Part shown: piece after piece, positions 1 to 7,543 of the stretch | Layout: each line of letters begins with the position of its first letter | How positions within the stretch are numbered: position 1 is the stretch's first letter | Virus record (IMG/VR): IMGVR_UViG_3300005764_000069 | Coordinates: 1 to 26,978 of that record | From: a virus | Lineage: Duplodnaviria > Caudoviricetes | Length of the DNA stretch: 26,978 bases | Reading direction: 5' to 3' (one strand) | Program-made: the position numbers and the translations under genes | Notes under the pieces: model-generated | Seen by the model: the letters and a program-made list of their open reading frames with translations, nothing else | Database searches by the model: none | Told to the model about the DNA's origin: nothing

Positions 1-426
1 CTCTTGTTGCACCTCGGGCCCTTCGATGAAGGCGGGACCAAAAACAATCTCCGGGTTCAGTTTAAAACGTGGTACAGCGAGGCGATCGATCTTCACAAAT
101 ACAGCGTGATCAAAGTCGAGGCCGAGAAGCTCGATCGGATCAACGATATCCGCGCGGCGGCCGGGCTTGAGCGCTTCGAGTATTTCCGGATCCGCTCAAT
201 GAAGCGCGCGGCGGATCTCAAAGTGGAGATCTCCGCGCAGGCTTATCCCCGCGCCTATTACAACGCGATGGAATCGTGGACCATCCCGCCACCGATCACC
301 GGTGCGCCGGGGCTCGTGAATCCGGGTGGCGATTTCCTCACGCCGCCGGGCGTGTTGCCAATCGATAGCGGGAGCGTGATCGTTGAAACCGATCGCTTGA
401 TCTTCAAAGTGGCCGAGGTGGTTTAA
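1..426 (+). CDS. 5'-truncated putative tail/host-specificity protein C-terminus
   Basis: Frame is open from the window edge. It precedes the lysin, and the 'FRIRSM...VEISAQAY' segment resembles tail-tip proteins. The function is inferred from position. Confidence 0.5.
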   Translation, partial: LLLHLGPFDEGGTKNNLRVQFKTWYSEAIDLHKYSVIKVEAEKLDRINDIRAAAGLERFEYFRIRSMKRAADLKVEISAQAYPRAYYNAMESWTIPPPITGAPGLVNPGGDFLTPPGVLPIDSGSVIVETDRLIFKVAEVV

Positions 427-429
427 ATC

Positions 430-675
430 ATGCCGAGCAATTATGCCGCGTTTGATGTGATGTTTGAGAATGACGACGGGACTACCACGCCCGCGCCGGT
501 TGAGACCGTGCATGTGTATGACGCGACGGCCCTCGCGGCGCTTTCCGATCTCGTGACTGATAGCAACGGCCACATCCCGGCCGGGACCGTGAGCGGCGCG
601 GCCGGGACCGTGTTGCGCTTTTGGGTGGACCACGGCGACGGCCGCGTGGGTTATGCCGAGGTGATCACAACATGA
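430..675 (+). CDS. Small beta-rich hypothetical (putative virion) protein
   Basis: ATG lies 3 nt after the upstream stop, and the stop overlaps the next ATG (ATGA). Confidence 0.7.
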   Translation: MPSNYAAFDVMFENDDGTTTPAPVETVHVYDATALAALSDLVTDSNGHIPAGTVSGAAGTVLRFWVDHGDGRVGYAEVITT

Positions 676-974
676 ACCTTTTGATCGCACCCTCGGGCGG
701 CCGCAATCTCGTCGTGAGGCCCGGCGCGCGGCCAACCTTTTACGCCATGGCGACCTTGCAACCGGCGATCGTTGAGGTTTATTGGCGTTATGCGGACGAG
801 CCACCAAACGCCGCCAAATTGATCGGGCGATATTTACCGGGCCAACAGATCGGGGTCCCGGTAGATCGGAGCGTGCACCGGGATATCTATCTCTCGACGA
901 TCTCGATCTCGGCGGGCGGCGTGCGGTCCGTGCGCGACGTGCGCGACGCGCCCGCGCTTTTGGTCTCGCTCTAA
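672..974 (+). CDS. Hypothetical protein (MNLLIAPSGG...)
   Basis: ATGA coupling at 672-675 gives the likely start within the 621..974 ORF. Confidence 0.7.
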   Translation: MNLLIAPSGGRNLVVRPGARPTFYAMATLQPAIVEVYWRYADEPPNAAKLIGRYLPGQQIGVPVDRSVHRDIYLSTISISAGGVRSVRDVRDAPALLVSL

Positions 975-997
975 TTTTTTTTTGGAGGTTTCAGACT

Positions 998-1621
998 ATG
1001 ACACCAACCGTCGAGATCATCGATCTCTCGCATCACAACACGATCCCGCAGGACCTAACGGCCGCCAAAGAGGCGGGCGTGCTCGGCGTGATCCATAAGC
1101 TCACCGAGGGGAATAGTTTCGTCGACGAGAAGGCCGCCGCGCGCAACTTTCTTGCCAACGAGGCGGGGCTCTTGTGGGGCGTTTATCATTTTTTGCGGCC
1201 GGGCGATATGGGCGCGCAAGTCGATTTTTTCCTTAGGACCGCGCACGAGCTCGACGTGCTCGACGCGCGCGCCCTCGTTTGTATTGACTACGAAGATCCG
1301 GCCGTGAGTCTCGCCGATCTTCACGAGGCCCTCGCAACTCTGCGAAGCTTGAGCGGCCGCGCACCGGTCCTCTACGCAGGCGGCGCGCTCAAAGATAAAG
1401 GCGGGGCCGAGGCGATGCCGGAGTTAAGAGCGTTCCGGCTTTGGTTGGCACAGTACGCCGCCGAGCCCGAGTTGCCCGCGGGCTTCGATCACTTTTGGGC
1501 GTGGCAGTTCACCAAAGAGGGCACGATCGCGGGTGTCAACTCGCCGGTCGATCTCAACCACTACGCGAAAGCACCGGCGCGCTTGCGCTTCGATTGGGCC
1601 AATCCGGAGATGCCTTGCTGA
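998..1621 (+). CDS. GH25 family muramidase (endolysin)
   Basis: GH25 motifs IDLSHHN, KLTEG, GVYHF, IDYE (DxE), LWLAQY, WQFT and VDLN. GGAGG at 984-988 precedes ATG 998. Confidence 0.93.
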   Translation: MTPTVEIIDLSHHNTIPQDLTAAKEAGVLGVIHKLTEGNSFVDEKAAARNFLANEAGLLWGVYHFLRPGDMGAQVDFFLRTAHELDVLDARALVCIDYEDPAVSLADLHEALATLRSLSGRAPVLYAGGALKDKGGAEAMPELRAFRLWLAQYAAEPELPAGFDHFWAWQFTKEGTIAGVNSPVDLNHYAKAPARLRFDWANPEMPC

Positions 1622-1812
1622 CGGGGATCCGGGAACTATGGCGGGAGCTCGACGAGTTCGCGCGATCGGTGATCGGCACGGCGATCGCGCCGGGCACCGG
1701 GACCGCGCGCTTCACGTGGCAATGTGCTTTTTGCGCTTGTTGGAATCGTGAGGACGAGACGCTTTGCAGACAATGCAAAGCGATCCGCGGCTCGCACCCG
1801 CTCGGGCGTTAA
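1615..1812 (+). CDS. Small protein with RanBP2-type zinc-finger motif
   Basis: TTG start after GGAGA. WQCAFCACWNREDETLCRQC fits W-x-C-x2-C-x3-N-x6-C-x2-C. Confidence 0.6.
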   Translation: MLTGIRELWRELDEFARSVIGTAIAPGTGTARFTWQCAFCACWNREDETLCRQCKAIRGSHPLGR

Positions 1813-2015
1813 CGGTCCGGCCGCAAAAGATCCGCCTCGATCGCGTTGGCCGTCTCGCGCAAGATCTCGGGCACGGCCCAAAGTGTTTCGACGTCGCCCT
1901 GCACCTCTAAACCGTGGCCGCGCTCGCCGCCGAAGATCACGAGCACGATCCCGCGAGCTTTGGCCGCCTCGCGGGCCACCGTGGCGATCGCGTCATACTT
2001 GCCGGGGCCTTCCAT
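1809..2015 (-). CDS. Hypothetical protein (MEGPGKYD...)
   Basis: TAATG coupling with the upstream gene at 2013-2017. Confidence 0.7.
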   Translation of the reverse strand: MEGPGKYDAIATVAREAAKARGIVLVIFGGERGHGLEVQGDVETLWAVPEILRETANAIEADLLRPDR

Positions 2016-2233
2016 TAGTAGTCCTCGGGCTCGATCGTCTCGCCGAGCTCGACAAGTTCGCGCGTGCCGTCTCGGCCGCTCAAACTCCACCCGCAAAAGC
2101 ACCGGGCGAGCTCTTGGTGGATCTTGCCCTCGCGATCAAGGTGCACATGCAACCGGCACCGGGTGCACACGTCCGCGCCGCAATAGCGCGAGAAGATGAA
2201 ATCGTGCGGCGCGCAATCGGCCGGGTGCTTCAT
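2015..2233 (-). CDS. Cys/His-rich hypothetical protein (MKHPADC...)
   Basis: ATGA coupling at 2230-2233; CTRC and CFCG motifs. Confidence 0.7.
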   Translation of the reverse strand: MKHPADCAPHDFIFSRYCGADVCTRCRLHVHLDREGKIHQELARCFCGWSLSGRDGTRELVELGETIEPEDY

Positions 2234-2544
2234 GTTTCGATCCTTTCCGTGGCCGTGAGCTCCCGGACCTTGCGCGCCCACGCTTCATCGGTGGCCGCGT
2301 CGATAAAACCGATCGCCGCGTAAAACTCGATCTGTACATCACGAGCGCCGCGGCAAAGCCTCGGGGCCTTTCCGGTCCGGGCGTTGATCGCATTATTCGC
2401 GCCGGTGCTATGGCAGATCCGCGAGGCCTCGCCGAGCGCCGAGGCGGCGAGATCCGGCGCGAGATAACTGTAACGAGATCCCGCGCGGAAGGGGCACGTC
2501 GCGCACATTGAGCGCCGGACCGGCGGGAGCTTTGGCCGTCTCAT
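2230..2544 (-). CDS. Cys-rich protein, DUF6283-like (CxxCPF...CH...C)
   Basis: ATGA coupling at 2541-2544; pattern CATCPFR...ICHST...LCRG. Family recalled, not searched. Confidence 0.65.
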   Translation of the reverse strand: MRRPKLPPVRRSMCATCPFRAGSRYSYLAPDLAASALGEASRICHSTGANNAINARTGKAPRLCRGARDVQIEFYAAIGFIDAATDEAWARKVRELTATERIET

Positions 2545-2816
2545 GTTTGGATCCTTGTCTTGCCCGCCTCGCCCGCGGCGTGGGCGTTGATCGCCGCGGC
2601 CTGAATTAAAACCCGGCACACGCGCGAGCACCGCGCCCACAAGGGCCGGTCGCCTTCGATCTCCATATAGCACGGCGCGTGATGGTCCGTGACAAGCGCG
2701 CATTGATTGCCGCCGGATCCGATCATGACCGCGACGCCCGCGCCCTCGTCTATGACCATTGCGCGCCCGTAGAACGGGCAGTCGGGCTCGCCCGGCCCTT
2801 GGCTTGTCTCGGGCAT
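2541..2816 (-). CDS. Cys-rich hypothetical protein
   Basis: Abuts the upstream stop; CPFYG, NQCAL, PCYM and CSRVC. Confidence 0.65.
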   Translation of the reverse strand: MPETSQGPGEPDCPFYGRAMVIDEGAGVAVMIGSGGNQCALVTDHHAPCYMEIEGDRPLWARCSRVCRVLIQAAAINAHAAGEAGKTRIQT

Positions 2817-3134
2817 TTAATTCCTTTCCGCGGCCCGCCTCGCGCGCGTGCGGGCCTCTTCTCGCTTGAGCATAAACTCATAGGTCGCCCGCGCCGCCTC
2901 GCGCTTGGTGAGGCCCTCTTCGCAGGCGTGGCAATCCTCGTCGCCGCCTTGCTCGCGGCACCGGCCCCGGAGGTGCGTCACGCTCCCGAGGACCGATCGG
3001 ATCATGCACTCCCGATGTATCAGACCGGGCTTGCCTTCGACGCCGGTGCGAAACCCGATCATCGTGATCGGGATCGTCATACCGGCCGCGATCTCTTCGC
3101 CGGTGACCGGCTCTTCACAATGAACGCAAAGCAT
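2817..3134 (-). CDS. Zn-binding-like hypothetical protein
   Basis: CVHC...HREC...HL...C...CHAC; first gene downstream of the tRNA. Confidence 0.7.
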   Translation of the reverse strand: MLCVHCEEPVTGEEIAAGMTIPITMIGFRTGVEGKPGLIHRECMIRSVLGSVTHLRGRCREQGGDEDCHACEEGLTKREAARATYEFMLKREEARTRARRAAERN

Positions 3135-3145
3135 AGGATCAAACT

Positions 3146-3222
3146 TGGTGCCCGCGGCAGGACTTGAACCCGCAACCCCGGCGTCCGAAGCGCCGTGCTC
3201 TATCCGGTTGAGCTACACGGGC
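3146..3222 (-). tRNA. tRNA-Arg, anticodon UCG
   Basis: Cloverleaf GCCCGTG/CGCGGGC-ACCA. D-arm GCTC/GAGC carries A20 (Arg identity element). Anticodon arm CGGCG-CTTCGGA-CGCCG; T-arm GCGGG-TTCAAGT-CCTGC; 77 nt. Confidence 0.95.
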
Positions 3223-3509
3223 GGAAGGGGCCCGAAGGGGCACGCCTCGAAGCCCGCATCGGAAAGGGGCTTCGAAAGGGGCGCGCCCTCGGGCCACCCT
3301 GCGAAATCAACAAAAACGTTAAGCAAAAACGCATAAACATGATTGCGGCCAATTGGTTCGAAGCCAAAAGACGGCCGATATCAGGCGAGGTCACGCGGGC
3401 CCGCTCCCGGTCAAACGCCCGTTTTTATTGGCAAATTCAAAGGGTGCGAAATCAGGCGAGACCACGCGAGACCACGCACGGGCACCGGGAAAGGGGCTTC
3501 GAAAGGGGC
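3223..3509. other. Putative attP: arm-type repeats flanking a tRNA-like core (3344-3367)
   Basis: GGAAAGGGGCTTCGAAAGGGGC is identical at 3261-3282 and 3488-3509, with a variant at 3223-3241. A-tract spacer; core on the minus strand reads TTGGCTTCGAACCAATTGGCCGCA; adjacent to the integrase 3' end. Confidence 0.75.
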
Positions 3510-3522
3510 TCGGCCTCGGCCC

Positions 3523-3558
3523 AAAAAAAAAACGGGCGCGGCCCGAAGCCCGCGCCCG
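3523..3558 (-). terminator. Rho-independent terminator of the integrase operon
   Basis: 9-bp GC stem CGGGCGCGG/CCGCGCCCG with a cUUCGg loop, followed by 10 T on the minus strand. Confidence 0.85.
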
Positions 3559-3632
3559 CTCTTCCGATGGCGTCGCCGTTGGATACCTTTCGGCCTCTTA
3601 GGCCTTGGCCCGCGGCGAGTCTCGAAAGCTTG

Positions 3633-4871
3633 TCAATTGACGCCCTCGGCGTCGATCACCGGACCGGTTGACCGTTCGGCCTTAGCCTCGGCGGCGAGCA
3701 TGGCCGCGCGGGCCGCGTCGATCCCGGCCCCGAGGTTCCGGGCGATATCCTCGCCCACATTAACATAGGTCTCAAAGAACGTTTTCCAGTTCGTATGACC
3801 GACGATCTTCATCACCTCGATCGGTTGCAGTTTGAAAACGTGAACCATACGGGTGATCGCCGTGTGGCGCAGATCATGCCAGTGGAGATCCGCGATCCCG
3901 GCGCGCGTGCGGAGGTTCTCAAAACCGCGGCGCGGGTCGATCGTGAAGAGGCGATCCTCGCCACGCGGCCGGGTTTCAAGATAGGCCGTCAAAGCTTGGT
4001 TAAGCGCGCCGGTGATCGGCACCGGCCGCCGGACCGGTTGGTTGCCCTTGTAAGAGGTGGCCCAAAGAATCCGGCCGGGCAAGTCGAGATCCCCGAGCGT
4101 GAGCGCGAGTTGCTCGCCCCGGCGCATTCCGGTCTCAAGGGCCATCGTGATCCCGAAGGCGAGTTCCTTGGATCTCGCTTTCCCGGTGGCTTTGAAGATC
4201 CGCACCTCTTCGCCGCGGGTGATGGTCCGGGCGCGCTTCTTTTCGAGGCTTGGCCGGATGATCGGCTCGCCGTCCTTAAACGGGTTCCGCGTGAGCCAAA
4301 TTTCGGGCCGGTGGCGGATCGCGATATTCAGGACCTTCCGGAGCGCCGCGAGCTCGCGGTGGGCCGTGGTCTTTGAGAGATCGCCGCCGCCGCGCTTTTC
4401 CTCTGTGAGACGCTCCCGCATGAAATCGATCAGATCCTTATAGGTGATCGCGCTTATGTTGAAATCGCCGAAGTATTTTTTGATCGCGCTTAGGTGACTA
4501 ACCACGGCATCAAAAGAGCGAAGCCCGGCGATCTTTTCTTTGCCGTGCATCACGGCCGGTATGATCTCGCCCGCGTGCGCTTTCTTACAGATCGGGCACT
4601 CTTTAAGTTTGCCCGTGTCCTCGTCCGTCTCGGGCAAGCAATGAAGATAGAGATCGCGAAATTTGATCTCGCCTGCGATCGCGGTGCCGTTAAGCTCGGC
4701 CGCGATCGCCTCGTCCATTTCGCGCCGGGCCTTCGCCACGGCCTTGGGGCCACCGGCAACGATCCACTTTTTCTCGGCGCGGCGGCCTTTCTTGTCAATG
4801 TAACGCTTCCGGATCATGGTCCGGCCGTCTGCTAGTTTCTTTTCCGATCCATTTTGGTCGCCTTTAGGCAT
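3633..4871 (-). CDS. int: Tyrosine recombinase/integrase
   Basis: TGMRRGE (R), HDLRH (HxxR), VGH and ETY (catalytic Y); SAM-like core-binding region; next to attP. Confidence 0.95.
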   Translation of the reverse strand: MPKGDQNGSEKKLADGRTMIRKRYIDKKGRRAEKKWIVAGGPKAVAKARREMDEAIAAELNGTAIAGEIKFRDLYLHCLPETDEDTGKLKECPICKKAHAGEIIPAVMHGKEKIAGLRSFDAVVSHLSAIKKYFGDFNISAITYKDLIDFMRERLTEEKRGGGDLSKTTAHRELAALRKVLNIAIRHRPEIWLTRNPFKDGEPIIRPSLEKKRARTITRGEEVRIFKATGKARSKELAFGITMALETGMRRGEQLALTLGDLDLPGRILWATSYKGNQPVRRPVPITGALNQALTAYLETRPRGEDRLFTIDPRRGFENLRTRAGIADLHWHDLRHTAITRMVHVFKLQPIEVMKIVGHTNWKTFFETYVNVGEDIARNLGAGIDAARAAMLAAEAKAERSTGPVIDAEGVN

Positions 4872-5217
4872 TGTCGTTGATCCTTTCTTTTTCGGGGGTT
4901 GTTAGTAGTTTGGTGGCCGCCTCGATCGCTTCGTCGAGATCTCGAATAACGCGCGGTTTCTCGTCGCCATAAGGGATCCGCGTGCGCGCCTCAGCCATCG
5001 CATTGACGGCCGCTCGCAGACAATCGCGCTCTGAATTCCGATCGCCGTCCGCGGCCCACTCCGTGAGCAATTGCAAAATGAGAGCGCGAAGCGAGACACC
5101 CTCGCGCTTTGCCTTCGCCCGGACGCGGGTCCAAAGCCCGGCCGGGATCGAATCCAACAAGTAACGCTTTCCGGTTTCGCCGTGCGGCGTAAAGTCTTTG
5201 CTATATCCTCGTTTCAT
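4864..5217 (-). CDS. Ribbon-helix-helix (Arc/CopG-like) protein
   Basis: RYLLDSIPAGLWTRVRAKAKREGVSLRALILQLL fits the RHH pattern. Confidence 0.7.
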   Translation of the reverse strand: MKRGYSKDFTPHGETGKRYLLDSIPAGLWTRVRAKAKREGVSLRALILQLLTEWAADGDRNSERDCLRAAVNAMAEARTRIPYGDEKPRVIRDLDEAIEAATKLLTTPEKERINDNA

Positions 5218-5417
5218 TTCGCCGCCTCGCTTTCCTGCGCCGCCTCGCGCTCCCGCTCTTGACAGTCAGCACAAATCGGCGCGCCGTCCTTCATACTCCA
5301 CCCGCCAAACAACGCGGCGAGCTCGCGCGCCTTGGCGACGGTCACGTTGCCGAAGTGCTCGGCCTCAGTGCACACGCCGCAAACGATGAATCGATCCGTG
5401 TCAATTCTGAATTTCAT
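5214..5417 (-). CDS. Small zinc-ribbon protein
   Basis: CGVC...GW...CADC; ATGA overlaps at both ends. Confidence 0.7.
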   Translation of the reverse strand: MKFRIDTDRFIVCGVCTEAEHFGNVTVAKARELAALFGGWSMKDGAPICADCQEREREAAQESEAAK

Positions 5418-6100
5418 CGGCCCGCCTCGCTTTCCTCTTGCCACGAGCCATCGGCCGCAACGATGAAGCTTGACGCGCCGGGGACCGTTACATACCGGCC
5501 ATCGCTCGCGCAGTAAAACAAGCAAGTGAGCGGGGTGCCGATCGGCAGATCCGATCCGTAGTATTCGATCACCTCGTGGCGCTTGCTCGCCGGATTAAAG
5601 GCGACGAAGATCCGCGCGGGTGGCGCGGGCGAGGTCTCGGCCTCGCCTTCGTCGCCGTCGCAATTGAGGACCGCGCGCGCTTCATCGTTAAAAGTAAATT
5701 GCGTCCATGTGCCGCTCTCGTTGGTGATCGCATCGTGCACCGTGATCCAATCTTTTTTGACGAGCGAGGAAACCGCGCCGCGAGCTTGGCGCATGTTGAA
5801 AGGGCCGCGTAGATCTTCGATGAACCCGAAGTCGTGACCGTTCGCGGCGCTCGATTCAAAGAGCACATCGAGGATCTTGCTTTCGTATTCAGTTAGATCG
5901 GCCTTGCTCATTTTCGGCGCGGGCTTGACCGTGGCGCGCAGGCCGAGGCGCGAGGCGAGGGCCGCCTCTTCGGCCGGGATAAAATTGCAGCCGAGTTTAC
6001 ACGCGGCGCAAAAGTCGCAATAGGTTTCGTTTTCACATGCGGGGCACTCGAAGAGCGGCCGCGAGCAGTTAGGGCAAGTGTTTTTATTTTTGGTTGTCAT
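5414..6100 (-). CDS. Multi-CxxC zinc-finger plus winged-helix-like protein
   Basis: CPNC/CPAC/CDFC/C..C N-terminus and an LTEYESKIL...GAVSSLVKKDWI wHTH-like segment; RBS GAAGGA. Confidence 0.7.
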   Translation of the reverse strand: MTTKNKNTCPNCSRPLFECPACENETYCDFCAACKLGCNFIPAEEAALASRLGLRATVKPAPKMSKADLTEYESKILDVLFESSAANGHDFGFIEDLRGPFNMRQARGAVSSLVKKDWITVHDAITNESGTWTQFTFNDEARAVLNCDGDEGEAETSPAPPARIFVAFNPASKRHEVIEYYGSDLPIGTPLTCLFYCASDGRYVTVPGASSFIVAADGSWQEESEAGR

Positions 6101-6152
6101 TGTCTTATGTCCTTCGTTTTCTTTGGTTTAGGCTTTCCGCCTCACAAAAGAA

Positions 6153-6182
6153 ATTATAAGGGACAACCATATGATTTCGCAA
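6153..6182 (-). promoter_or_regulatory. Sigma70-type promoter for the operon ending in int
   Basis: TTGCGA-18 nt-TATAAT on the minus strand in an AT-rich intergenic region. Confidence 0.7.
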
Positions 6183-6225
6183 GCGGGAAACATAGGATTT
6201 GCGGGCGGCCGAAATCGGGCGGAAA

Positions 6226-6531
6226 TCAGGGGGTTTTCGCGGGATATCGGTTGGCGCGCCCGTAGTTCATGGCGCGGGACCATCCGGCGGGCTCGCCCTC
6301 GTTGGTCTCGCGATCCCACTTGTCCGGATCCCACTTGAGCGCCTCGCGCACGGCGAGGAAAGGATCGTCATATCACCAACCGTCGAGCCACGCGAAGGTC
6401 TCGGCGTTGTCGCTCAACATGATTCGCGCGCGGCCGCCGAGCAACGGGGCCACGTCGATCACGCGACCGTCCGGAAGCTCGCGCGTCAGAATGTAATCGG
6501 ATCTATCAATCGGCATTTTCTTTGAAGGCAT
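6226..6531 (-). CDS. 101-aa protein with in-frame TGA at codon 53 (candidate selenoprotein/readthrough)
   Basis: ...FAWLDGW-[TGA 6373-6375]-YDDPFLAVREALKWDPDKWDRETNEGEPAGWSRAMNYGRANRYPAKTP*. The downstream half has no start codon of its own near its beginning and fills the gap to the next promoter. Confidence 0.7.
6327..6366 (-). promoter_or_regulatory. Putative bacterial SECIS-like hairpin
   Basis: CCTCGC-CGTGC-GCGAGG begins 14 nt after the UGA, and the loop (G at 2nd position) is 20 nt from it. GATCC/GGATC can form an outer stem. Confidence 0.55.
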
Positions 6532-6590
6532 GGCTCGCGCCTCGCCGCAAGGTGTGGCGGGCCGAGGTGGGGGAGTAATGCGCCGGTGAT

Positions 6591-6869
6591 CTATCTTCCG
6601 CGCTTGTGCACCGCGGCGAGGTGCACGGACAACCAACGCCAACGCCGCAGACCGTAATCACATTCGCGCGGTGGCTTCTCGTGACAGACCGGGCACTCGA
6701 CGGTCAGGCCCCAATAGCGCCCCGCGCGTCTCACCTGAAAGAGACGCGCGAAGCCTGACGGCAAAGTGGGCCCCAAATATTTGAAGCCCACGGTCGGGAT
6801 CACATTCGATCGCTTTTTCTTTTCGAGCTCGTGATCGTGTTTTGGTTTTAATTGTGCACTCATGATCAT
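6591..6869 (-). CDS. C2H2-like zinc-finger protein
   Basis: CPVC...HLAAVH; ATGA overlap with the upstream gene. Confidence 0.65.
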   Translation of the reverse strand: MIMSAQLKPKHDHELEKKKRSNVIPTVGFKYLGPTLPSGFARLFQVRRAGRYWGLTVECPVCHEKPPRECDYGLRRWRWLSVHLAAVHKRGR

Positions 6870-7543
6870 CTAGCCTCTAACACCTTGGCGAGACCGGCGC
6901 GCAGGGCCACCGGATCGATCGAGTTGGACCGGGCGTAGTGATCCAAAAAGGCGTCCGTGTGCCCGGCCACATATGCGACGTGATGCGAGAGATCGGCCTC
7001 GGGTGATGCGGCGCGCGCCCGCGGCGGTTTTTTCGTCGCCGCTCGCGGTGCGCTCTTGCGCTCACTCTCGCGGACTTTCGCCGAGGCCCGGTTGCGTTTG
7101 AATTCCGGCGAGGTGGCGCGCTTGGCAATATCGGCCTCGCTGAATTTACCGTCCGCCATGCGGCGAACGTGCCCGGCTTTGAGCCAATAGAAAATCGTCG
7201 ACGGGTGGATCCTGTATTTTTTCGCGGCCGCCGATGCCGTGATCGTGTTGCCCGTGGGCGCGTTTGGATCGGGTGGCGGCGCGGCCTTGCGGCCGGGCTT
7301 CTTTGCCTGCGCGGCGGGTGCGCGCCCTTTGCGCTTCATTCTCTTGTTGGCTTTCAACGCCGCGACGATCTCGGCCTCGATGAAACCTTGGCCCGGCGTG
7401 TGATGAATTATCCCGCGCTTGGCGAGCGCGTAAAGGATCGAGTTTGAGATCCCAAACTTTCGCATCGCTTCGGCGTTGGTCATGAACGCGCCGGGCGTTA
7501 AGAGCTCGGCGTCGCCGTTCGCTTGTGTGGGTTGCGTTTGCAT
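6866..7543 (-). CDS. DNA-binding protein with two MerR/HTH_17-like domains
   Basis: MTNAEAMRKFGISNSILYALAKRG and ITASAAAKKYRIHPSTIFYWLKAG; RBS AAAGGA. Confidence 0.75.
   Translation of the reverse strand: MQTQPTQANGDAELLTPGAFMTNAEAMRKFGISNSILYALAKRGIIHHTPGQGFIEAEIVAALKANKRMKRKGRAPAAQAKKPGRKAAPPPDPNAPTGNTITASAAAKKYRIHPSTIFYWLKAGHVRRMADGKFSEADIAKRATSPEFKRNRASAKVRESERKSAPRAATKKPPRARAASPEADLSHHVAYVAGHTDAFLDHYARSNSIDPVALRAGLAKVLEAR

Noticed and set aside
3146-3222. tRNA-Sec or opal suppressor tRNA
   Set aside because: The anticodon is TCG, not TCA, and it has a short variable loop, a 7-bp acceptor stem and the Arg identity base A20.
3223-3509. CRISPR array from the 22-bp repeats
   Set aside because: Only two exact copies about 205 bp apart, no regular spacers and no cas genes; integrase arm sites explain them better.
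6171-6338. Plus-strand 55-codon ORF with an RBS-like upstream sequence
   Set aside because: It is antisense to the better-supported UGA gene, overlaps a promoter, and is Arg/Gly-rich with no motif.
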